From: Leucoraja ocellata
Taxonomy: Eukaryota
Reading direction: 5' to 3'
DNA length: 64,000 bases
NCBI GenBank assembly: GCA_036785375.1
Contig: JAWMAR010001442.1
Location: 186,001-250,000, forward strand
How positions within the stretch are numbered: the first letter of the stretch is position 1; each line of letters begins with the position of its first letter. The position numbers and the translations under genes were made by a program. Of the stretch, positions 37,916 to 52,339 are shown in pieces. The notes under the pieces were generated by a model that ran no database searches, had not been told where the DNA came from, and saw only the letters and a program-made list of their open reading frames with translations.

Positions 37916-40007
37916 ATAGTGGGACAGGCGGCATCTTTGAATGAAGGAATGGGTGACGTTTCGGGTCTGTCTTTGGTGTAAACCAGCATCTGCAGTTCTT
38001 ATATCACCCTCTCTATTTCTCGTTTGCCTCACCCCAGACTCTCAGTCTGAAGAAAGGCCTTGACCCAAAACGTCACCTACTCCAGCATTTTGTGACTATC
38101 TTAAATGTAGAACAAGATGGGGGCAAATAGGCTGGAAGAGGGACCAGAATAAGACGCAATATATCAAATTCCCATCTACAGTGGATCAGTTCTTCTCATT
38201 ATGGTGGTGCTTAGTTTGTACACAGTCTGTATTGGAGAACTTTATGCTTAGGCTTATTATTATCATGTGTACTGAGATACAGTGAAAAGCTTTGTTTTCA
38301 GAGACTTTTATTGTCTTTTATTGTCACCTGTACCAATTAAGGTACAGTGATATTCGAATTACCAATCCGCCGTACTAAAAAAGAAACAAGACACACAACT
38401 ACATGAAAGTTAACATAAACATCCACCACAGCAGATTCCCCACATTCCTCACTGTGATGGAAGGCAAAAGAGTCTAACCTTCTTCCCTGCAGTCGGAGGA
38501 GTTGAACCATCTGTCGGGGGCAATCGGAGCTCCCGCAGCCAGCGGTCGAAGTCCCTACGTCAGGACAATCAAAGCTCCCATGTTGGGCCGATCCACGCTC
38601 CTGTGGCTTGGAGTTCCCGATGTCTGTCTCTGACCAGAGACTGCGGGCTCCGCGATGTTAAGCCCCGCAGGCTGCTGTGGTGAAGCCGCCCTATCACAAG
38701 CCATGTTCTCTTGCCAGAGAAATAAATACCTCCCGGCCAAATGATCTTTGGTGCAAGCATTGAATTTTGCAGAATAACTGCATTAATTTGTCCAACTTGT
38801 GTTTGTTTGTTTGCCACTCTGTAGCAACAACGTGCCGATACAAGTCGCACATCCTCAATTCCCAGGAAGAGCATGGTAAAGTGACATTTTGACAGGTTTG
38901 GAAGTAGGACAGGTTGAGAGGGATATGGGCCAAGTGCAGGCAGGTGGGATTAGAGTTTGTACGTTCTCTCTGTGACTGCGTGGGTTTTCTCCGGGTGCTC
39001 CGATTTCCTCCCACATTCCAAAGACGTGCAGGTGTGTAGGTTAATTCTGAAGATTGCCCCCAGTGAGCAGGGTAGACCTAGTGTACAGGTGATCGCTGGT
39101 CAGCATGTACTTAGTGGGTGGAACGGCCTGTTTCCATGTTGTATCTCTAAAGGAAGCTTCTATGGAATGACAGTGTATCATTTCACCATGTTGAGCAATA
39201 CTCTCTGTATCCTGGACATCACCACAATCCCATTTACTTGTCCATCATATGTTAACACCTCAGTTAACATTGAACCCTCACTCTTAAATTACAGGAGCAG
39301 AAGTAGACCATTCGGCCCATCAGGTTTACTCCACCATTCAATTAAGGCTGATCTATCTTTCATTCTCAACCCCATTCTCTCCTGCCTTCTCCCTATAACC
39401 CCTGACACTCGTTCTAATCAAGAATCTATCTATCTCCGCCTAAAAATTATCCAATGAGTTGGCCTCCACAGCTGCCTGTGGCAATGAATTCCACAGATTC
39501 ACCTTCTGGCTAAGGACATTCTTCCTGGTCTCCTTCTTAAAGGAATGTCATTTAATTCTGAGGCTCTGGTCCTTGACTAGGGGTTGCCAACCTTTTTCAT
39601 CCCTTTTACCCCAGGCAACTTTAATAACACTTATTTAATTTCACTTATTTATGAACAACTAATGATGAACAGATACCAGTATACCAGAACCAAACACGTT
39701 AGTCAATTAAAAAAAATATGTACAAATCCAGAATCAACAAATTTACCCCTGGGTAGGAGAAATTTACCCCTGGGGGTAAATTTCCCCAGGTTGTGAAACT
39801 TGTCTGAGACTCTCCCATGAGTGTAAACATCCTCTCCACGTCCACGCTGTCTAAACCTTGTACTCTTTGGTGCATTTCAATGAACTCCAGCGAATACAGA
39901 CCCACTGCCATCATAAACGCTCATCATAGGTTAACCCACTCATTCCTGGGATCATTCTCGTCAACCTCCTCTGGACCCTCTCCAGAGCTCGCACATCCTT
40001 CCTCAGA

Positions 40008-41950
40008 TATAGAAACATAGAAACATAGAAATTAGGTGCAGGAGTAGGCCATTCGGCCCTTCGAGCCTGCACCGCCATTCAATATGATCATGGCTGATCA
40101 TCCAACTCAGTATCCCGTACCTGCCTTCTCTCCATACCCCCTGATCCCCTTAGCCACAAGGGCCACATCTAACTCCCTCTTAAATATAGCCAATGAACTG
40201 GCCTCAACTACCCTCTGTGGCAGAGAGTTCCAGAGATTCACCACTCTCTGTGTGAAAAAAGTTCTTCTCATCTCGGTTTTAAAGGATTTCCCCCTTATCC
40301 TTAAGCTGTGACCCCTTGTCCTGGACTTCCCTAACATCGGGAACAATCTTCCTGCATCTAGCCTGTCCAACCCCTTAAGAATTTTGTAAGTTTCTATAAG
40401 ATCCCCTCTCAATCTCCTAAATTCTAGAGAGTATAAACCAAGTCTATCCAGTCTTTCTTCATAAGACAGTCCTGACATCCCAGGAATCAGTCTGGTGAAC
40501 CGTCTCTGTACTCCCTCTATGGCAATAATGTCCTTCCTCAGATTTGGAGACCAAAACTGTACGCAATACTCCAGGTGTGGTCTCACCAAGACCCTGTACA
40601 ACTGCAGTAGAACCTCCCTGCTCCTATACTCAAATCCTTTTGCAATGAAAGCTAACATACCATTGGCTTTCTTTACTGCCTGCTGCACCTGCATGCCTAC
40701 CTTCAATGACTGGTGTACCATGACACCCAGGTCTCGCTGCATCTCCCCCTTTCCCAATCGGCCACCAGATAATAGTTTGCTTTCCCGTTTTTGCCACCAA
40801 AATGGATAACCTCACATTTATCCACATTACACTGCATCTGCCAAACATTTGCCCACTCACCCAGCCTATCCAAGTCACCTTGCAGTCTCCTAGCATCCTC
40901 CTCACAGCTAACACTGCCCCCCAGCTTAGTGTCATCCGCAAACTTGGAGATATTGCCTTCAATTCCCTCATCCAGATCATTAATATAAATTGTAAATAGC
41001 TGGGGTCCCAGCACTGAGCCTTGCGGTACCCCACTAGTCACTGCCTGCCATTGTGAAAAGGACCCGTTTACTCCTACTCTTTGCTTCCTGTTTGCCAGCC
41101 AGTTCTCTATCCACATCAATACTGAACCCCCAATGCCTTGTGCTTTAAGTTTGTATACTAAACTCTTATGTGGGACCTTGTCGAAAGCCTTCTGGAAGTC
41201 CAGATACACCACATCCACTGGTTCTCCCCTATCCACGCTACTAGTTACATCCTCGAAAAATTCTATAAGATTCGTCAGACATGATTTACCTTTCGTAAAT
41301 CCATGCTGACTTTGTCCAATGATTTCACCACTTTCCAAATGTGCTGCTATCCCATCTTTAATAACTGACTCTAGCAGTTTCCCCACTACCGACGTTAGAC
41401 TAACTGGTCTGTAATTCCCCATTTTCTCTCTCCCTCCCTTCTTAAAAAGTGGGGTTACGTTTGCTACCCGCCAATCTTCAGGAACTACTCCAGAATTTAA
41501 AGAGTTTTGAAAGATTATTACTAATGCATCCACTATTTCTGGAGCTACTTCCTTAAGTAATCTGGGATGCAGCCTATCTGGCCCTGGGGATTTATCGGCC
41601 TTTAATCCATTCAATTTACCCAACACCACTTCCCGGCTAACCTGGATTTCACTCAATTCCTCCAACAATTCCTCCCCTGCTATGTCCGGCAAATTATTTA
41701 TGTCTTCCTTAATGAAGACATATGGTGTACAAAATTGCTCACAATACTCCAAATGTGACCTGACCAGCACCTTATAGAGCCTCAGCATTACATCCCTGTT
41801 TTTGTATACTAGCCCTCTTGAAATAAATGCTAGCATTGCGTTTGCCTTCTTTATTACCGATTTGTCTTGCCGATTATCTTTTTGGGAATCCTGCACCAGC
41901 ACTCCCAAGTCTCTTTGCACCTCCGATTTCTTGATTCTCGCCTCATTTAG
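40008..41950 (-). mobile_element. young CR1 LINE (RT to 3' tail) abutting a second CR1 fragment at ~41720
   Basis: ORFs 40703-41920 and 40107-40757 are CR1 ORF2 with one frameshift; (tagaaaca)n tail at 40008-40031. Confidence 0.95.
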
Positions 41951-42947
41951 AAATGAGTATGCTTTTTTTCCCCATTCATCTTTCCCTCAAACTCTGTTTC
42001 ATACTATCCCTTGAACTCCAGTTTTTAAACATCTGTTCATTATTCACTCGGCCATAATTTGTTTCTATCAACCTCATCCATCTCAATTCGCTCCCATCCC
42101 CACATACGCTGAATCCTCCTTAGTTTAGTTTTAGAGATACATTGTGGAAGCAGGACCATTGGTACACCGAGTCCACGCTGACCAACGATCACCCACACGC
42201 TAGTTCTATGTTATTCTACACACTCGGGGACAATTCAAAGAAGCCAATTAGCATCAGAGCTGCTGCCTCACAGTGCCAGAGATCCGGGTCAGTTTAGTTT
42301 ATTGTCACATGTACCAAGATACAGTGAAAAGCTTTTTATTGTGTGCTATCCAGTCAGCGGAAAGACAATACATGATTATAATCGAACCATTTACCGTGTA
42401 CAGATGTATGATAAGGGAATAATGTTTAGTGCAAGATAAACCCAGTAAAGTCCAATCACGGATAGATCAAGGATCATCAATGAGGTAGATAGTAGTTCAG
42501 CACTGCTCTCTGGTTGGGGTAGGATAGTACAGTTGCCAGTTGCCTAACAATAGCTGGAAAGAAACTGCCTGAATCTGTGCGTTTTCACACTTCTATACAT
42601 TTTGCCTGATGGGAGAGGGCAAACGAGGGAGTGGCCAGGGAGTGGCTTGTTATGCTGCTGGCCTTGCCGACGCTGGGAATGTGTTTGATGCTGACCTCGA
42701 GTGCTGCCTGTGTGTGTGGAGTTTGCACGTTCTCCCTGTGACCACGTGGCTTCTCCTCCGGTTGTGTGTGTTGACGGATTGTGCTCCCTACTCGCAGGGT
42801 ATTTCAAGGGTTGGAGGTGAAGAAGAACAGCTCCCCCACGAAGAGCTGCGAACAACCAAAGTCCCCGCCTAGAGGCAGCTCTGGGGAGACCATGGACTCC
42901 GTAGGCATTTCATCATCAGACTACAACTGGAAAATCCAAGAGACCTG

Positions 42948-43838
42948 CACACCCACCAACACGCCCAACGACACACCCGCTGACATGCCCACCAACATGC
43001 CCACCGACATGCCCACCGACATGCCCACCAACACGCCCACCGACACACCTGCTGACATGCCCACCGACATGCCCACCAACATGCCCACCGACATGCCCGC
43101 CGACACACCCGCTGACACACCCACTGACATGCCCACTGACATGCCACTGACATGCCCACCGACATGCCCACCGACATGCCCACCGACATGCCACTGACAT
43201 GCCCACCGACATGCCCACCGACATGCCCACCGACATGCCCACTGACATGCCCACCGACATGCCCACCGACATGCCCACCGGCACGCCCACCAACTAGGTG
43301 TGTTACAATACTTACCTTCAGCGGCACTGTAATTCTGCCACTGGCCGTGTGCGCGATTTCGGCGCGTTTGAGGGGGGGCGGGGTTAAAACGGGTTTTTTT
43401 CCCAACCTGGTCCTGAATTATCTATAATAATTGAACATTTCTTTCAGTTCTCTTAAATTTTAAGAAACTTATCGGCTTTTAAATGTTCTCAAACACAGCT
43501 TTTGTGTTAAGTCAATGAAAAAGCAATAGGGAACAAGATGCCAATTTCCAAATATGAAAATGGACAAAAAAAATTAATACTGAAGATATGAAAGTGGATT
43601 AGGTGTCAAATTAAACTTCTTTTTATGCTTTATCTCATGGGATAAATTAAAGACTTGATTTTTTAAATCTCAAAATGTTGTAACATTGTTACATCAACAT
43701 GCCCACCGACACGCCCACCAACATGCCCACCGACACGCCCACTGTCATGCCCACCCACATGCCCACCTACATGCCCACTGACATGCCCACTGACATGCCC
43801 ACCGACACGCCCACCGACACGCCCACCGACATGCCCAC
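42948..43838. repeat. 12-bp minisatellite (ACATGCCCACCG)n interrupted by a DNA-transposon insertion
   Basis: Arrays at 42948-43294 and 43692-43838. Confidence 0.92.
43295..43691 (-). mobile_element. non-autonomous TIR DNA transposon (short copy), 7-bp TSD
   Basis: Ends taggtgtgttacaa...ttgtaacattgtta; flanks caccaac/catcaac; homologous (inverted) to 58829-59848. Confidence 0.75.
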
Positions 43839-44539
43839 AATTGCATACAACTGGTCAAATAATGGGGTAGCAATTTTATAAGATACACACAAAATACTGG
43901 AGTAACTCAGCGGGTCAGGCAGCATCTGTGGAGAGGAATGGGTGACGATTGAGGTCGAGGCCCTTCTTCAAACTGAAAGGCAGGCGAGAGGGAGTCTGAA
44001 GATATGGAAGATTAAGGTGTGAAAATGATAGATCAAAGCAGATGATGCAAGCCAAAGCGGAGCATTTTTCTAACACTTGCTTGTTTTCTGGTAACAGGTA
44101 AGCCTTATTAAATCCCTTTCAGAAGATCCTCAGTGCCCCCCTCCCGCTCAATACACCTAGCGTCAGAAGTAAAGACTTTTTCCCTTCCTCTCCAGGCGAC
44201 CAACCAAGACAGGTCCCCGTTCATAATCCAGAAAGCCATGATAATGCACAAACTGGAAGGAGATTGGAAGGACTATCAGCTGGTCCTGATCCTCTCACAA
44301 GACAGAAGTGAGGAATAAAACATAGGTTCCTTGATGCTGGAAGATGTACAGTCTTCTGCCTAAACTCAATGTGTTGGATTAGCTCAGCAGATCAAGGTGG
44401 TGTAGTGGTAGAGTTGCTGCCTTACAGTGTTAGAGACCCTGGTACCATCCTGTCTCCAGCAAAGACCCTATAGCGATCAAGATAGATCACTCGATGAAAA
44501 AGACGTAGTACTGTGATGGGCAGATTCATTGGTAATTAT

Positions 44540-47500
44540 AGGCCTCATTTCCGTAACCGACTTCCTTGTTGGCCTTTATGATAGAGGGTGGGCGTGGCGG
44601 GCACGTAAATCCCTCGACGTAACTCCTCATAAAATAAAGATCAAACTTCAAACTGGTAAGTTCTCGTTTAATCTTACTATTTTACTTCGGAGTCACGTGA
44701 GTGACTACGTGAAGATTTTAAAGATCTGTGATTTCATGCCATGGAACGAGTCCATGCTTCACTCACTGCCGTAGTCGTCCACGGGAGGAAATATGTTATC
44801 GTATTCAGACATAAATCAAATTCAAACAATAACAATTTATTTTAACAAAAAATAATGATCCCTTGGAATAAATTACATTACAGAATTCAAAATTGTTTCT
44901 GCAAAGAGCGCAGGTTTGGTGATCGGTTTATTATAAAAGAGTTGGAAGGTCTCTCTAGACCATCCTGCTGTACCCAGGATATGGTCCAAAGGCACTTCCA
45001 TGTATCTAGCTGCCGGTGTTGCTGCTGACCTGGTGGAATGAGATTTTAAAATGTCAGTATCCACCCCAGCTGCTCCCAAAAAGCTGTCAGCCATCTAGAG
45101 ATGATCTTTACTGATACCCTGCTATGAGGCTGTTTATGGCTGATCCATAGCGCCAATTCACTACCTCTTAAGGTTTTAGTAGACTTAAGATATAGCCGAA
45201 GGTGTGTCATAACATACAGTCGGGTATCTGATGGGTATGCCTGGAATTCCAAATTCAGTCCTGATGTTCCTGATCTGTTTTGTTTAACCAACTCCAAGAT
45301 CCGAAAGTTGATCTTATCTGTTGAAGCAATCGTGAGCATAACGTGAGCTTTTCCAGGGACAGGGACATTGCTGGTGACCAACCCCTGAGCAATGTTAATA
45401 CAACACTGACGTCTCATATCTGGGAGTACCTCGCTCTAGGAAGGTTTGTGTTATAAATACCCCTCATGAGTTTACCCACTAGAGGGTGGGATCCCATGGA
45501 ATGCTGTCCTGGTCCCTGCCACAAATATGCTGACAGGGCACACCTAGCACAATTGATAGCGCTGTAGCTCAGTCCTTCATCAAAATGAAGGCTGGGCAGG
45601 AATTCCAGGACATTGGTGACTGTAGCTGTGTTATACGCTACACCAGTTCTTGAGCAATACAACTCCCATTTTCTTATGCTCGAGAGGTACTGCTTCTTTG
45701 CTGACTCTCGATAGGCCGCCGTGATCATGTTTATGGTGCTGTTCCAGCCCCAGATCCAGCAATGGTCTCTTTAGATTCTGTAAATCAACAGATTGATCCT
45801 GTCATGGCATGGGTGACTCTCGCCCGTTACAGGATGGACCAAAATATCTGGTCGTTTAGCGATGGACATATATGATTCCGAGACCATGTCGAGGAGCACA
45901 GGCAACCATGGCTGTGTAGGCCAATCGGTTACAACCAAAATACCTGATGCTGAGTCCATTTGTATTTTGCGTAGTACCCGACTGATGAGGCAGAAGTGGG
46001 GGAAAAGCATAGAAAACCAATTTCCCCCAGTCCAGCGAGATATGTTGGTAACTGGTGATTGAGTCTAGATGCAAAGAGATCGATATCTGGTGTTCCATAT
46101 GGCATAATAATTTCAGCAAATACTTTGTGGTCCAACATCCATTCAGTGTTGTCATTAAATTTTTGTGACCTGGTGTCTGCCTCTGTATTAAGCTTACCTA
46201 GTAGGTAGGTTGCTGATGGCCATATATGTCTGTTGATACACCATTGCCAGATTGTATTGGCCAGATTGTCACACGATATCGATTTTATTCCACCCAGATG
46301 ATTAATATATGCCACCACTGTGGTATTATCAATTTGTAGGCGGACATGCCAATGGTGCATTGTTGAGCTATATGCTTTTAGCCCATAAAACGTACCCAAC
46401 GTCTCTAAATAATTTATACCCAGTGTTTGTAGTAACGATGATTCCTGTATGTTCCATCTACCACCAGTACAGGATATAGTGTTAGTAGCTCCCCAGCCGT
46501 GAGCCCTGGCATCAGTTTGTAATGTGAATGATGGGTAACTAATATGATGGGGCTGGAACTATGCCAAATATTTTGCTTCCACCATTGTAACTCCGAGATC
46601 GCTTTGGCTGGTAATTGCATAGGTCGATCAAAATTACCTGCATGTCGTTTTAGTGCTTGCACCATTGCCCTTTGTAAATTTTGATAATGCAAAGGTCCAA
46701 ACTGTGTAGCTGGAAATGATGCTACTAGTTTCCCAATTACTCTTGCCACCTGTGGAATGGATGGTTGACTCGTGACAACCAATTTGTTCCAGCCCCATCA
46801 AGTCTGCTGCTTTATTCTTTGGCAATGTTACAGACATGTGGATAGTGTCAATTGTGAATCCCAGATAGTCCATAGTTGTGGATGGCGTCAACTTAGATTT
46901 ATCTGGATGAATGATGAACCCCAGTTTTTCAAACAAATGTTTGGTAGCTAAGACTGCTGACTTAGCTAGTTCCAAGGTTTTCCCCACATTAATATATCAT
47001 CAAGATATGCCATGACAATATGTTTTGTTTCCTGAGTATTACCAAGACCGGTTTTAATATCTTGGTAAATAGTCTTGGGGATGATGTTTATAGTATATAA
47101 TTATCAGTAGCAATAGACCTCCATGCCTCCCAAAACAGGTGTAACCTTCGCCCTGTTAGTACAGAACCTACACCTTTTATGTTCTGGAAGGAGCCAGACC
47201 CACATACCTCCATGGTTACCGGTGGCACATTCACTTCTTCGGCTTCTGCCTCTTCTACGGATGAGGCGCCGGAGTGCGGGGTTGGCGCATTTTCCATGAG
47301 GGCACTCTGGGCCTTGGCCTAAAAAAGACCTCTGTGGTTGCTGCGCGGCCCTCATTCTTTCACCAGCATCCTGGTGTCGATGCCTGCTGGTGGATGCATA
47401 GGGGTGCTGCCGTCTAGGGTGTGTGGTCTTGCTCGTTCCTGGTGATGCCCTCATGAGCCCAACAGCTTTAGCCTCTTCATCGAGCTCTTTGACTTGCTTT

Positions 47501-47583
47501 GACAAATTTCCCCCAAATAGCAGTATTTGTGTTTTTGTTGCAGCTGTTTTACACAACCCTGCAAATTTGGGGTTTAGTGCAGG
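44540..47583 (-). mobile_element. DIRS1-type retrotransposon A (gag end, RT, RNase H, MT-like, tyrosine recombinase, ICR), 5'-truncated
   Basis: Minus ORFs: LFEKLGFIIHPDKS and DYLGF (RT); QIDNTTVVAYINHLGG (RNase H); DIDLFASRLN and WPTQPW (MT-like); GLSYSAINCARCALS and HSTRSAA...AGWS (YR). ICR motif at 44680-44715. Confidence 0.92.
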
Positions 47584-49169
47584 TTTTACTTTGGAGTCAC
47601 GTGAGTGACTACATGAAGAAGGCCGTCATCCCACTTGGCGCATCATTACGTTAACTCGCTTTGCGCAAATGAGCCGAGTGGCGGCAGCATTCGCGCTGTC
47701 CAGCGGTAAGTTTTAACCAACAAGGTAAGATTTTAAATTAATTTAAACATAACGAGCCAGAAGTACCTAGGCAAACCCAATTGGAGGGTTAGCCACTATA
47801 TTCTCTCTCTCTCTCTGAGGAAGGGAGCACAAGGAGAAAGCCCGCAAACAAGTCAGGCCAGGAGGATTCCCTCCTTCATGGGTAACGTGTTTAAACGTTC
47901 AAACCCACATGGAGCACCTGATGGAGAGGTGCTCCACAATGATATACTCCAAAGGAGGGAGTTATCAGCCCGAGTATTATGGAGAACCCGCAGGCAGCAG
48001 CATCTGTTTCAGGGCTACACAAATGTCGTCTGCACCAAGGAGAGGAGCATCCAGGGCTAGTTTCAGTCTGACCAAAAGCAAAGAACCTGACATAGGTCGG
48101 CTGGAGAGGCTATGTCAACGCAGGTATCCTCAGGGGCCTGCAGCAGCTCCTGTTTCAGGGCAGCCTACGAATTCACTCTCTGTGGAGGGGAGTGCGAGTG
48201 GTCAGTAGGTAACTGATCTCGAATTTAGAGTATGAACATACTGAAGCACATGCAAATGGCCTCAAGAGACTCACAAACAAAGGGTTTGCTACCGGAAGAG
48301 TTGGTCTCCAGCCGTTAGCAGATACTCAGAAGGGGCCAGAGTTCTCACGCTACAAGTGCCGGCAAAACGAACAGCGCTATCATGGTGACATTGGAGGGCG
48401 AAGTACAGGTAATGAAACCAGCCGCCGAATCCTCTCTTCAGGTAAGACCAGAAGAAGGAAGCTAAAGCTGTCGGACTGATCAAGGTAACAACAATGAGCA
48501 AAGCTTCATCAGTAAGCACCAACACACCCACACCTCCATAGGGGGTAAACGGTTTACTGAAGCCCGTGGTAGCTTGGAAGCTGGGCACGGGAATATGACC
48601 AAAGTCGTCTTTCAAGGCAGATTCAGAGTTATGGCCAGAATTGTCTTCAATGCAGGCTTAGTATGATGACGGTTCAGACCTAGACCCAAGCAGGGGTCAG
48701 GAGAAGATGGAATCCACCTACCAGTCCTTGTCCCTTATCAAGGAGAGAAAAGGAACCCGCATCAGCGGCCTTTGGGCTTACCACAAGACCACCGGTAGCC
48801 ATGGAGGTAGGTGGGTCTGGGTTTATTGAAACAAAGGATTGTGGACCAGTTACATGTTGGTAATCTTACTCTTGTGCTTTTGTTCAAAATGTCATGAAAA
48901 ACAACTTGAGTTTCAGATCTGGTTTAAAAAAAAAAACAGATAATAACATGTGATTACTTTTACTGCACACATACATAGGTTCCAAGCAGACTTGGAATTG
49001 GGACCGGAGTTGTCTTTGAGGCAGGCCTAGTATTATGGACAGGATTGCCTTTCAGGTTTGGTGACAGATGGAGGATGTCACTTCATCCAGGTTTAACTCT
49101 TATGTGCAGTACAGATTTTCAGAATAGTAAATTTTGTTATGGTCTAACAACTGTTTTATATGAGCTATA

Positions 49170-49990
49170 TGGCAAAGGTATCAAAGGGTATTTTATTGGT
49201 CACATTCACATACACCCAGGTGTAGTGAAGTGAAATGCTTCTTGCCATTTTGCCGCACATAAAGAAGGAATACAGACATAACATTAATAAGAGTTTTAAA
49301 CATAAAGAACATCCCCCCACAATGGTTCCCATTATGAGGGAAGGCACAAAGTCCAGTCCCCAACCCCAGTTCACACATAGTCGGGCCCATTGAGGCCTCC
49401 ACAGTTGCCTCCATGGAGGCCCGATGTTCCAGGCATTTCTCGCCAGGTGATGTTGCTCTGGCGTCGGGAGAGTCCTCTCAGCGGCTTGGGAACCCTGGAA
49501 CGGTCGCTTCCATACTGGAGGCCGCGGCTTCCAAAGCCAACAAGGCCGCTCCGGTTGGAGCTCCACAACTGGCGATCTCATCTAGAGATCCCAGGCTCCC
49601 GGTGTAAAGTCAGCACCGCCGCCCGCAGCTGGTCACTCCACAGTCCCGCAGCTCCGCGATGTTTTCCTCAGCGATCTTCAGCTCACCGGAGCTCCAGCGC
49701 GGCGACCCGGGCAAGGCATCGCCAGCTCCGCGATAGCGCTCCAGCCGAGGTTCTGGGCGGTCCCCAACAGGAAACGCCACTCCAGGCCTGCTGGTGGGCT
49801 GCGAGGACTGGTCGCAGCTGCAGCCCGGAAAAAAACTGCCTCTCTGATCAGGTAGGGACCTTGAAAGGTAGTTTCCCCCTTCCCCCCACATAAAAAACTG
49901 TAGACATCCAAACAAAACACTTAACTAACTAAAATAAAAAATAAAAAGATGAAAAGACAGACAGCTGCTAGCTGGGCAGCCATGCACAGA
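49170..49990 (-). mobile_element. non-LTR retroelement 3' fragment inserted in DIRS B
   Basis: ttttattggtcaca poly(A)-signal end on minus; similar in layout to the fragment at ~38300-38700. Confidence 0.5.
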
Positions 49991-50586
49991 CAGCGCCCCC
50001 TACTGTCCTCAATGCATCATGCATGCATCAATCTCAAAGATGCATGCTATGCAGTTTCCCATTCATTGGAATCACCAGAGATATTTGAAATTTACCTGGA
50101 TGGTGCAATAATAATAGTAAAAGCTTTGCAAAATAGGCTAACTCCAGTTCCCAGCTTTATTTACCAAATTTCCAAACGGAGCTTGGGCTGCTCAGAGCTC
50201 AAGAACATTAGTTATCATTTATCTGGAATGATGTTAAACGCTGGGTTTTGCTAAAAATTAATTGTTATAGGCCCAAACTATATTTGAAGAATCAGGGTCC
50301 CACCCATCCAGTTAAATTTAAGTTGATGCCAATCAGAGCTACTGATTATTGGGATCAGCATTTAACAATCAACTAACAAGTTGATGTTAAAGTCTTGGAG
50401 TAAGAGATGCAATTAACAGAAGCCTGTAACAACCTCGTTGGTTATTAAGCAGCTTTCTATTCATCAAGATGTAGTTGACAATATAGCAGCTGTGTATCAG
50501 CGGTACAAATTGGGCTTTGCATTACCTGAAGTTAAAACATGCAAATAATTAACCTCTCTAGTACCATATAGGTCATTACTAATAAA

Positions 50587-52339
50587 TAGAGCCAGGATGT
50601 TTAGGCGCTAAAAATCTCTAAAATAGGCAGGCAAAAAGGCATAATAAAATTACAAAAAGGCACGAAAAAGGCATTTATTGACAAAAAAGGCATAAAGACA
50701 CAATTATTTCCTTGACCAAAATATGGTTAAAAATGATAATGTAAAGGTATACTACATTAAATTACCAAAGTTGCCTGGTTGCACATAACTATGAGCATTT
50801 TTATCAAATTATCTGGTGTCAAACTATGCCGTCTGTCAGACAGAATATGCTTCAGTTGTGAAAAAATTCTTTCTACCCCAGCTAAGGTCACTGGTACATA
50901 CCTGAAACAAGCTACAAACTGTACATTCATGTTGATATCTTGTGCATTACAACTACCTTTGGGAACTTTAGCTATGTTTTATTTCTTCAAGATCTTTGTT
51001 AGCTAAAATCACTCTCTCACATTTTCCTTGTATGTCTTTCCCTACATCACCAGAAACTTTAAGTAAAAGGCACAGCAAGTGAAGATGTAAACAACTGAGC
51101 AATAGTTGTGCTCTTTGACTTCTACAATACTTCTGATGTCTAAGTAAAATGGTTGACCTGCCTCTAGTATACCGATGACCACATTGGCAACATTCCTCCC
51201 CACAGCAACAATTGTCTAGTCTATTGAGATCCATATTTTGTTGCGTGCAACTTCGTCTCTAATTTTCTGCACAACAATGTTGAAGTATCTGTCAACATAG
51301 TGTTTCTATAATGATGACTCGCTCGGTATATGTTCTTCTGTGTATTTCTCTAAAAAAAAACTCTGAGAGATTCGTTTTCCAATTTCCACTGTTTCCAATT
51401 TCCAATTTCCAATTCCAGCATCAATGAATGCTTTGCCCAGATCACTTGAAAACTCAGATTTGCGACTGGAGCCAGCAGTAAATGTTGTGGGGAGACAAGC
51501 TTGCGTATTTCCTACCTTCAGTTTCTCTGCCGCCGACTTGTGTTTAGCTGTCTGTACATGCTGGGGGACAAAATATTTCTTCTCATGATTCACTGCTTTC
51601 TCACATGCTTTGCAAAACAGCACACAGTTGTCTGTAGAAAATATATCATTCCCGTACACTCTCACCAAATCGTTGTTTTTTACAAGGCATTGACTCGACT
51701 TTAGACATTTTGACGCTTGCAGGGGTAGATCCTACAGGAGCAGGGATGCAGACCTCTATAGGCAGGCTAAGTATAAGCTGAGAAGAGGAATCAGAGCTGC
51801 CAAGGAAAGGTACTCTGAGAAGTTGAGGAGCAAGTTCTCAGCAAATGACTCTTCTTCAGTGTGGAATGACTTGCAAGAAATCACAAGCTGCAAGAGGAAA
51901 AACCCCCGCTCCTTGGACAATTGTCAGCTGACCAATGACCTGAACGAGTTCTACTGCAGGTGCGATAAACAGAAACTTAACCCTGATATCCCCCACAACA
52001 CATCCCCAACCAACACTGCACACCTATTCACAGCCTGACTCCAGTTTGAACAGACTAGATCCTTCCCCACCTACTCCTCCCCAATTACCACCTCACACCT
52101 ATTTAAAGCATGACTTCAGTCTGCAAAGACTGGACCCTTTCCCACGCACCCCTCTCCAATCACCACTTCACACACACTTACAGCCGGGTTTCGCCACGGT
52201 CGTGTAAATTTTCTTGTAGGTTATGTTAAAATAGCCAAAAAAGGGCTGATTTAGGCACATGAAAAATACTATCTTCCTGAAATCATCAAAAAAGGCATGA
52301 AAAGGTGCATATGGCATTTATGGCAAAATCCTGGCTCTA
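50587..52339 (-). mobile_element. hAT DNA transposon (CGGBP-like N-terminus), internally deleted, 8-bp TSD CTAATAAA
   Basis: TIR TAGAGCCAGGAT at both ends; TSD at 50579-50586 and 52340-52347. Minus-strand LFCKACEK...QHVQTAKH zinc finger and a C-terminal VERIFSQLKHILSDRRHSL hAT dimerisation motif (~50780-50900). Confidence 0.88.
51720..52180 (+). mobile_element. Rex1-type LINE fragment nested in the hAT element
   Basis: YRQAKYKLRRGIRAAKERYSEKLRSKFSANDSSSVW. Confidence 0.7.

Noticed and set aside
40703-41920. 405-aa ORF as a novel permuted reverse transcriptase
   Set aside because: Chance in-frame junction at ~41720 between two CR1 fragments.
42781-43881. Mucin-like (MPTD)n or (CPPT)n ORFs
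   Set aside because: Translations of a 12-bp minisatellite interrupted by a transposon, with no exon structure.
50539-50546. Octamer ATGCAAAT as an Ig enhancer
   Set aside because: It lies inside the decayed RT region of DIRS B, 41 kb from VH, and is likely a chance match.
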